This document shows, piece after piece, positions 54,723 through 60,953 of a stretch of 60,953 nt of DNA. The notes under the pieces were generated by a model that saw only the letters and a list, made by a program, of their open reading frames with translations, was not told the DNA's origin and ran no database searches. The stretch comes from Acidimicrobiales bacterium (lineage in GTDB: Bacteria > Actinomycetota > Acidimicrobiia > Acidimicrobiales > UBA8190), in NCBI GenBank assembly GCA_035623275.1, contig DASPTT010000080.1, positions 1 to 60,953 of the forward strand. The letters run 5' to 3'. Position numbers and translations under genes: made by a program. The stretch's first letter is position 1; each line of letters begins with the position of its first letter.

Positions 54723-56315
54723 TCAAGGGTAGTGGTCGGGCAGGTCGTTCTCGTACAACACGGCGTCGCCGGCGCCCAGGTGCTGGCGGACCCAGTCCAC
54801 GGCCTCGGCGCGCCGGTCGACGACCGTCACCGCCACGTCGCGACCCGCCAACCCGCGGCGCAGGGCCCGGCGGTTCGTCCGTCCCACCACCACCACGTCG
54901 TTCACCACGTCGGCCGCGGCCTCGGCGAATCGCTCGTTCTCCGCGGCCTGGCGCGCCCCGAGCTCGACCATCCCCGGCGTCACCAGCACCCGTCGGCCGG
55001 CGCCCGGGACGCGCGCCAGGGCCTGGAGGGCGACCCGCGCCCCGGCAGGGTTGGCGTTGTAGGTGTCGTCGAGGACGAGACACCCGCTCGGCGCCGTGGA
55101 CGGCTGCAAGCGGTGCGGCGCGGTCGGCAGCGTGCCCAGCCGGGAGACGATGTCCGCGGCCGGCACCCCGAGCTCCAGGGCGACGGCGATCGCACAGGCG
55201 ATGTTGCCGGCGCGGCCGTCGACCCCGGCCTGCTCGGCGACGACCACGTCGTCCACCCACACGCACAGCCCGTCGGGCCCGTTGGCGACGCGCACGTCCG
55301 CTCTGGGGGCGCCCTCGCCGGGCGCCCCGGCGCCGGAGACGCGCCTCGTCCGCAGGCCCGCCTCGACGCGCCGGTCGGCCAGCGCCCGCAGACGGGGGTC
55401 GTCGACGACGAGGACGCCGACGCGGGCCTTGGTGAGGATCTCGGCCTTCGCCTCGACGATGCGTTCCTCGCTTCCGAAGCGCTCGAGGTGCACGGGCCCG
55501 ATGGCGGTGATGACGGCCACGTCCGGTGTGAGCCATTCGCAGAGCTCGGCGATCTCGCCGGCGCCGTAGGTGCCCATCTCGGCGACGAACACGTCGGTGC
55601 CCTCGGCCAGGTGCTCGTTGACGGCACGCGCCAGGCCGGCCCGGTTGTTGAAGCTCGCCGGGCTGGCCACCACCGCTCGGGCCGCGCCGACCAGGTGGGC
55701 CACGTAGCCCTTGGTACTGGTCTTCCCGTACGACCCCGTGATGGCGACCACGGTCGGCACCACCCGCGCCAGCCGAGCCCTCGCCCGCTCGACGTGGGAA
55801 CGGGCCGCACGGCGCTCGAAGGGGGCGGTGACGGCACACGCCAGGTCGACGAACGCCGGAACGGCCAACGCGCCGGCGGCCGCAACCGGCGCCGCGACCC
55901 CGAGGACCGCGCCCACGGCGACCACCGCCGCCTGCAGGACGAGCCACACGCCCGCGAGGGTGCGCAGCCGTCGTGTCCACGCCAGTGGCGCGCTCGTCCC
56001 CCGAAGGTCGAGGCCGAGGGGGCCGATCGCCACCACGACGCCGGTGACGAGGGCCGTCCCCGCCCAGCGGCCCGAGACGACCATCGCCGCGGCGGCGATG
56101 GCCAGCCCGACCAGGTTGACGGGTCCCGACGCCCACCAGCGCAGGGCGAAGCGGGAGGCGGCGTCGGGGATGTAGTGCTCCCGCTGCGCCACCCGCAGCC
56201 ATCGCAGCCCGGCGGGCACCACCGCCAGGGCGCACACGGCGACGGCCGCCCACCGCAGGCCGGGGGCATCGAGGCCCGAGGCGGCCGCGGCGGCCTGGAG
56301 GTCGAGTCCGCTCAC
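54723..56315 (-). CDS. murF: UDP-N-acetylmuramoyl-tripeptide--D-alanyl-D-alanine ligase (MurF) with unusual hydrophobic N-terminal extension
   Basis: ITGSYGKTSTKG P-loop, DDTYNANP MurF-specific C-terminal motif; ORF open with good GC3 for ~77 codons upstream of internal ATG 56084, encoding R/W-flanked hydrophobic segments. Confidence 0.8.
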   Translation of the reverse strand: MSGLDLQAAAAASGLDAPGLRWAAVAVCALAVVPAGLRWLRVAQREHYIPDAASRFALRWWASGPVNLVGLAIAAAAMVVSGRWAGTALVTGVVVAIGPLGLDLRGTSAPLAWTRRLRTLAGVWLVLQAAVVAVGAVLGVAAPVAAAGALAVPAFVDLACAVTAPFERRAARSHVERARARLARVVPTVVAITGSYGKTSTKGYVAHLVGAARAVVASPASFNNRAGLARAVNEHLAEGTDVFVAEMGTYGAGEIAELCEWLTPDVAVITAIGPVHLERFGSEERIVEAKAEILTKARVGVLVVDDPRLRALADRRVEAGLRTRRVSGAGAPGEGAPRADVRVANGPDGLCVWVDDVVVAEQAGVDGRAGNIACAIAVALELGVPAADIVSRLGTLPTAPHRLQPSTAPSGCLVLDDTYNANPAGARVALQALARVPGAGRRVLVTPGMVELGARQAAENERFAEAAADVVNDVVVVGRTNRRALRRGLAGRDVAVTVVDRRAEAVDWVRQHLGAGDAVLYENDLPDHYP

Positions 56316-56353
56316 GGCCCCGCGAGGGTAGTGGCGCCGCGCCCGGCGCCCGT

Positions 56354-57148
56354 TCAGGTCCCTGCCGCCTGCAGGACCCGGTCCACCGCCTGGCGCAGGG
56401 GCCCGGGAACGCTGAGGGGCGTCAGGTGCCCCGCACCCGCGAACACCGTGAGCGTCGCCCCTGGCACGAGGGCCGCGGCCGCCTCGGCCACCGAGAGCGG
56501 GACCTCGGCGTCGTCGTCGCCCCAGACCAGCTCGAGCGGGCAGCGCAGGGCAACCAGAGCCGGCCGGTAGTCCTCGCCCAGGAGCCGGACGAGGACGCCG
56601 CGCATCACGCCCTCGGCATTGCGGTAGTCGGCCGAGCCGTGGTGTCGGCGGGCGCGCTCGAGGCGCTCCTCGCCCACCAGCCCGAGTCGTCGAAGGCCCC
56701 GCACCAGCCGGTACCCCACCGGCGGCCGACGCCGGGCACCCGGGCGCCGCACCAGGGGGACACCGGTGAGCACCAGGCCCCCGACCAGGTCCGGTCGCGC
56801 CGCGGCGAGGGTCACCGCCACCCGGCCCCCGAAGGAGTGGCCGAGGAGGACCACGGGAGCGGCACCTGGGCCGCACGCCGCCTCGACCATGGCCGCCACG
56901 ACCCGGGCGTACTCGGCGCTCCCCCAGGGCTCGGGGGGCGGCGGGGTGGCCCCGAACCCCGGGAGGTCGGGCCCCAGCACCGGCGGCGCCTGGCGCCCGG
57001 CGCCCGGACCGAAGACGCCGGCGAAGTCCGCGTGGCTCCTGCCCCAGCCGTGGAGGGCCACCACGGCGGGGGGACCCTCCCCGCCCCACGACTCCCCGAA
57101 GAGGCTCCCGCCGGGCAGCGACCGCAGCATCGCGGCGACGATAGCCAT
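56354..57148 (-). CDS. alpha/beta hydrolase
   Basis: 264 aa; VVALHGWG, GHSFGG nucleophile elbow, C-terminal GAGH. Confidence 0.75.
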   Translation of the reverse strand: MAIVAAMLRSLPGGSLFGESWGGEGPPAVVALHGWGRSHADFAGVFGPGAGRQAPPVLGPDLPGFGATPPPPEPWGSAEYARVVAAMVEAACGPGAAPVVLLGHSFGGRVAVTLAAARPDLVGGLVLTGVPLVRRPGARRRPPVGYRLVRGLRRLGLVGEERLERARRHHGSADYRNAEGVMRGVLVRLLGEDYRPALVALRCPLELVWGDDDAEVPLSVAEAAAALVPGATLTVFAGAGHLTPLSVPGPLRQAVDRVLQAAGT

Positions 57149-57229
57149 CCCGGCCGACCGTCCATGGGCCTGCCGCCCGGCCCCCGGGCATCCCCCGCAC
57201 CGTCACAGCCGGTCGGTAGCGTCCGCCCC

Positions 57230-59053
57230 GTGGTCGACGAGCACATCGACCGGCTCGTCGCCGGTCTCACCCAGGCGCAACGCCGTGCCGTCGAGTCGGA
57301 CGCCGCGCCGCTGTGCGTGCTGGCCGGCGCCGGCTCGGGCAAGACCACCGTGCTGACCCGGCGCGTGGCACGCCGGATCGCCGACGGGTCGGCCGACCCC
57401 GCGCACGTCCTGGTCGCCACCTTCACCCGCAAGGCCGCGGGCGAGCTGCGCTCCCGGCTCCGGCGCCTCGGCATCCCCGGCCCGGTGTGGGCAGGCACCT
57501 TCCACGCCGCCGCGTTCGCCCACCTGCGCGCGCACCGGGCGGACCGGGGGCTGCGCCCCCTCGCCGTCCTCGACGATCCCGCTCGGCTCCTTCGCGACGT
57601 CCCGCTCGCCGGCCGGGTCGTCGACGCCCGGCACCTCGATGCGCTCGTCACCGAGATCCAGTGGGCGCAGAGCCGGCTCGTGCCCCCGGGGCGCTACGCC
57701 GACGCCGCCCGTGCGTGCCGACGGCGAGCGCCGTTCCCGCTCGAGGTGGCCGACGGCTGCTACGCCGCCTACACCGAGGCCAAGCGGGCGCGCGGCGTCG
57801 TCGACCTCGCCGACCTCCTCGTCGAGTGCGCGGCGCTCTACGAGCGCGACGCGGAGGCCGCCGCGGCGATGCGCTGGCGCATCCGGCACGTGTTCGTCGA
57901 CGAGTTCCAGGACCTGAACCCCGCGCAGTTCCGGCTCCTGCAGGCCTGGCTCGGCGGCCGCGACGACCTCTTCCTCGTGGGCGACCCGCGTCAGGCCGTC
58001 TACGGCTGGAACGGTGCGGACCCCACGCTCCTCGAGCGCGTCGAGTCGGTCCTGCCCGGCACCACCGTGATGCGCCTCGACCAGAACCTCCGATCCTCCC
58101 CCCAGGTGGTCGCCGCCGCCCGGGCCGTGCTCGGTGCCAGCCACGACGTCGCGGCGAACACGGCGACGAACACGGCGCCGGCCACCAGCCCCGACGGCCC
58201 CGAGCCGCGGGTCCAGGGGTTCGAGGACGACCGCGCCGAGGCCCGGGCCCTGGCGCGCTGGCTGCGGCTGGCGCACCATCCGGGCCGGACCTGGTCGCAG
58301 ATGGCGGTCCTGGCCCGGACCCACCGGCGTCTCGACCAGGTCGCCGTCGCCCTGGACGAGGCCGGCGTCCCCTTCCGGCGCGCGGGGGCGGCCTCGTCCG
58401 ACGCGGTCGCCCCCTTCCTGGGGCCCCTGCGGCGGGTCGCCGCCTCCGCCCCGCTGCGAGCCGCCATGGTCGACGTGGCCGAGTCCGTCGGCGCCGAGGC
58501 CGTCGTGCCGCCACCGCTCTCCCGTCTGGCCGACGAGTTCGCCCTGGACGACCCGTTCCCGACCGTCGGCGGCTTCCTGGCCTGGCTCGACGCCACGGTC
58601 GGCTCGCCCGACGAGGACCAGGAGCTCGTGGCGGCACGGGCCGGCGACCCCGGCACCCTCCCCGCGTCGGCCGGGGCCGACGCCGAGCGCCCGGGGGGCC
58701 CGGTCGTGCTCGCCACCTTCCACCGGGCCAAGGGGCTCGAGTGGCCGGTGGTCGCGGTCGTGGGGCTCGAGGACGGGCTCGTCCCGATCGCCTACGCGGG
58801 CTCGGCCGAGGCCCTGGGCGAGGAGCGCCGTCTGCTCTACGTCGCCATGACGAGGGCCGGGCGCGACCTGTGGTGCTCGTGGGCAGCGACCCGTGAGCTC
58901 GGGGGCGTCGTGCGCCAGTGCACACCCTCCCCGTTCCTCGAGCCGCTCACCGCCGCCCGAGAGTCGCCAGGGCCGAGGACCCCGGCGACTCGGCGCGCGG
59001 ACACGCTGTCGCGCCTCGCCGCCCTTCGCACCCGGCTCGCCTCCAGCGCGTAG
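57230..59053 (+). CDS. UvrD/PcrA-family ATP-dependent DNA helicase (short form)
   Basis: 607 aa from GTG; AGAGSGKTTVL Walker A, TFTRKAA, DEFQD, VGDPRQAVYGWNGA, C-terminal motif VI. Confidence 0.85.
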   Translation: MVDEHIDRLVAGLTQAQRRAVESDAAPLCVLAGAGSGKTTVLTRRVARRIADGSADPAHVLVATFTRKAAGELRSRLRRLGIPGPVWAGTFHAAAFAHLRAHRADRGLRPLAVLDDPARLLRDVPLAGRVVDARHLDALVTEIQWAQSRLVPPGRYADAARACRRRAPFPLEVADGCYAAYTEAKRARGVVDLADLLVECAALYERDAEAAAAMRWRIRHVFVDEFQDLNPAQFRLLQAWLGGRDDLFLVGDPRQAVYGWNGADPTLLERVESVLPGTTVMRLDQNLRSSPQVVAAARAVLGASHDVAANTATNTAPATSPDGPEPRVQGFEDDRAEARALARWLRLAHHPGRTWSQMAVLARTHRRLDQVAVALDEAGVPFRRAGAASSDAVAPFLGPLRRVAASAPLRAAMVDVAESVGAEAVVPPPLSRLADEFALDDPFPTVGGFLAWLDATVGSPDEDQELVAARAGDPGTLPASAGADAERPGGPVVLATFHRAKGLEWPVVAVVGLEDGLVPIAYAGSAEALGEERRLLYVAMTRAGRDLWCSWAATRELGGVVRQCTPSPFLEPLTAARESPGPRTPATRRADTLSRLAALRTRLASSA

Positions 59054-59095
59054 GCGGCCAGTCGGCCTCGCCGGCAGGGCCGTCGTGAGCCGGGA

Positions 59096-59872
59096 TCAGT
59101 CGGGATCGCGCAGGTCGACGAGGACCGGTGCGTGGTCAGACGGTTGCTGGCCCTTGCGGGCGTTGCGGTCCATCAACGCGTAGAGGAACCGCTCGGCCAG
59201 CGGTTTGGTCACGAGGACGAGGTCGATGCGCAGGCCCTGGCGCTTGTGGAAGTTGCCGGCACGGTAGTCCCACCAGGTGAAGAGCCCACCCTCCTCGTAC
59301 TGGAGACGGAATGCGTCGACCAGTCCCCAGGCCTTGAGCTGCTCCAGCGCCTCGCGTTCGGCCGGCGTGACGTGGGTCTCGCCCTCGAACGCGGCTGGGC
59401 TCCACACGTCGCGGTCGTCAGGGGCGACGTTGAAGTCGCCGCAGACGGCCACCGGGTCGGCGGGATCACAGGTGTGCTCCAGGTGGTCGCGCAAGTCGGC
59501 GAGCCACTCGAGCTTGGCCGCGTAGTGCTCGCTGCCCACGCTGCGCCCGTTGGGCACGTACACGCTGTGGACCCGTACCCCTCCGCAGGTGGCGGCCACG
59601 AGTCTGCACCCTTGGTCGTCCGCTGCCGTCCCGAAGCCCATCCCGACGTCCTCCAGCCCGACCCGGGAGACGATGGCGACCCCGTTCCACCGGCCGTCGC
59701 CGTTGTGCGCGACCTCGTAACCGAGCGTGGCGAAGGCGCCGTAGGGGAAGGCGGCGTCGGCCAGCTTGGTCTCCTGCATGCACACGACGTCCGGGCGCGC
59801 GTACCCGATCCACTCCTCGACACGCGGCAGACGCGCGTTGAGCGAGTTCACGTTCCACGTGGCGATGCGCAT
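59096..59872 (-). CDS. xthA: exodeoxyribonuclease III
   Basis: 258 aa; MRIATWNVNSL, CMQETK, GDFN motifs. Confidence 0.9.
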   Translation of the reverse strand: MRIATWNVNSLNARLPRVEEWIGYARPDVVCMQETKLADAAFPYGAFATLGYEVAHNGDGRWNGVAIVSRVGLEDVGMGFGTAADDQGCRLVAATCGGVRVHSVYVPNGRSVGSEHYAAKLEWLADLRDHLEHTCDPADPVAVCGDFNVAPDDRDVWSPAAFEGETHVTPAEREALEQLKAWGLVDAFRLQYEEGGLFTWWDYRAGNFHKRQGLRIDLVLVTKPLAERFLYALMDRNARKGQQPSDHAPVLVDLRDPD

Positions 59873-59881
59873 GACAGACGC

Positions 59882-60319
59882 CTACCCGTCGACGATCACG
59901 AAGAGCAAGTCGGCCTCGCACGCCAGTTCGCCCCCGACCGTGGCGCGGCCGTGGCCCGTCCCCGCGCGCGTGGAGAGTCGGCCGAGCGTCACCTCGAGGT
60001 CGAGGACCTCCCCCGGGACGACCTGGCGGCGGAAGCGGGCGCGGTCGATGCCGCCGAAGAGCGGCAGCCGGCCGGCGAAGCGCTCGTCGCTCAGGACCGC
60101 GATCCCGCCGAGCTGGGCCAAGGACTCGACCATGAGCACCCCGGGCAGGGTGGGACGGTCCGGGAAGTGCCCGGCGAAGAACGCCTCCGCGCCCGTGAGG
60201 TGCCAGCGACCGGTGGCCCGCTGGCCCGGCTCGAGGCTCACGACCTCGTCCACCAGCAGGAACGGCGGCCGGTGCGGCAGCACGTCGTCGGGGGCGGGCA
60301 GCGCCATGGACCCGGACAC
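59882..60319 (-). CDS. FabZ-like 3-hydroxyacyl-ACP dehydratase (hotdog fold)
   Basis: 145 aa; LPHRPPFLLVD...FFAGHFP...PGVLMVE motifs. Confidence 0.8.
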   Translation of the reverse strand: MSGSMALPAPDDVLPHRPPFLLVDEVVSLEPGQRATGRWHLTGAEAFFAGHFPDRPTLPGVLMVESLAQLGGIAVLSDERFAGRLPLFGGIDRARFRRQVVPGEVLDLEVTLGRLSTRAGTGHGRATVGGELACEADLLFVIVDG

Positions 60320-60953
60320 TAGAGGGCACGCGGCACCGGCCGCGCCGTGCCCTCAGGTCCCGGCTCGACCACCCCGGGGAGCGCAAGCTCCGCACCCCGG
60401 CGCGGCGGATCGAGCGCCACGAGGACGAAACGGCGCCGCTCGCCGAGCTCGAGCACCTGGCGCGCCCGGGTCGGGGGCGGGACGCCCATCGCCGCCAGGG
60501 GCAGGTAGCAGTGCATCCCCTCGACCTCGACCATGGCGCCGTGCGAGGTGAACGACGCCACCGTTCCCTCGACCTCCGATCCGAGCGGGTGCTCCGACAC
60601 GAACGTGAGGAAGGTCAGCGGGTCGTTGACCGCCCGGGGTGGTCCGGCCGATCGCCGGCGCCGTCCGCGCGTGCGGGTCGCGCCGGCGATGACGGCGTCG
60701 CCCGGCACGAGTGCCTCCTCCGTCGCCACCTCGATCGCCACCCGCACGTTGGGAGGCGCCACAGGTGCCGGTGCGGCCTTGGCCGCCTTCGCCGCTTTCG
60801 CAGTCGCCTTGGCGGCCTTGGCGGCCTTCTCGGCCCCAGCCGCCCTGGTCGCCTTGGTCGCCTCGGCTGCCTTGGTCGCCTTCTCGGCCATGGTCGCCTT
60901 GGCGGCCTCTGTCGCCTTGGCGGCCTTGGCCGCCTTTGTCACCTTGGCGGCCT
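60319..60953 (-). CDS. partial CDS (5' end beyond window): Lys/Ala-repeat (histone H1/HU-tail-like) N-terminus fused to S1-like/OB-fold domain
   Basis: KAAKA(T) repeats continue to the window edge; C-terminal EGTVASFTSHGAMVEVEGMHCYLP S1-like segment; 1-nt overlap with FabZ. Confidence 0.5.
   Translation of the reverse strand, partial: AAKVTKAAKAAKATEAAKATMAEKATKAAEATKATRAAGAEKAAKAAKATAKAAKAAKAAPAPVAPPNVRVAIEVATEEALVPGDAVIAGATRTRGRRRRSAGPPRAVNDPLTFLTFVSEHPLGSEVEGTVASFTSHGAMVEVEGMHCYLPLAAMGVPPPTRARQVLELGERRRFVLVALDPPRRGAELALPGVVEPGPEGTARPVPRAL
60760..60953 (-). repeat. degenerate 15-18-nt repeats (gccttggcggccttggc-like) encoding KAAKA repeats
   Basis: direct reading of ggccttggc/gccttggtc periodicity to the window edge. 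Confidence 0.5.

Noticed and set aside
1-60953. CRISPR arrays, tRNA/rRNA genes, IS elements, integrases
   Set aside because: No 28-40-nt direct repeats with spacers and no transposase/integrase-like ORFs. Intergenic regions (e.g. 20165-20456, 24330-24439, 32661-32846) lack tRNA-like GTTCGA/T-loop features.

Overview
This is a high-GC (about 70%+) actinobacterial chromosomal window. It is densely coding: about 66 protein genes, with no rRNA, tRNA, CRISPR array, transposase or integrase seen. Many six-frame ORFs are Arg/Pro/Gly-rich antisense artefacts of the GC content and were discarded. The ORF track translates GTG/TTG starts as M, so several true starts are GTG; starts were placed at the conserved N-termini.

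The core (16.0-40.2 kb, all minus strand) is a long co-directional housekeeping block: yloV(DAK2)-recG-rsmD-coaD-(coiled-coil hyp)-yceD-rpmF-plsX-acpP-rnc-mutM-smc-ftsY-ffh-rpsP-KH-rimM-trmD-rplS-DUF2469-yraN-(enoyl-CoA hydratase)-comM-dprA-ALDH. rpmF (L32) was found by reading the sequence; it is absent from the ORF track.

The flanks carry metabolic and stress genes: purE, an SPFH protein, two luciferase-like F420-type oxidoreductases, pspA-htpX, fumC-PCD, ald, pckG, thiL, ddl-murF, galK, xthA and a UvrD-like helicase.

The most unusual content is:
1. A three-gene Rieske-less, cytochrome-c-less split cytochrome b6-like module after rpmB (40.67-42.66 kb).
2. A translationally coupled fumC-PCD-unknown-protein operon.
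3. A PspA-HtpX-unknown triad.
4. murF with an apparent N-terminal membrane extension next to ddl.
5. rimM whose conserved N-terminus lies upstream of any canonical start codon.
6. Several dyad-symmetry elements in intergenic regions.
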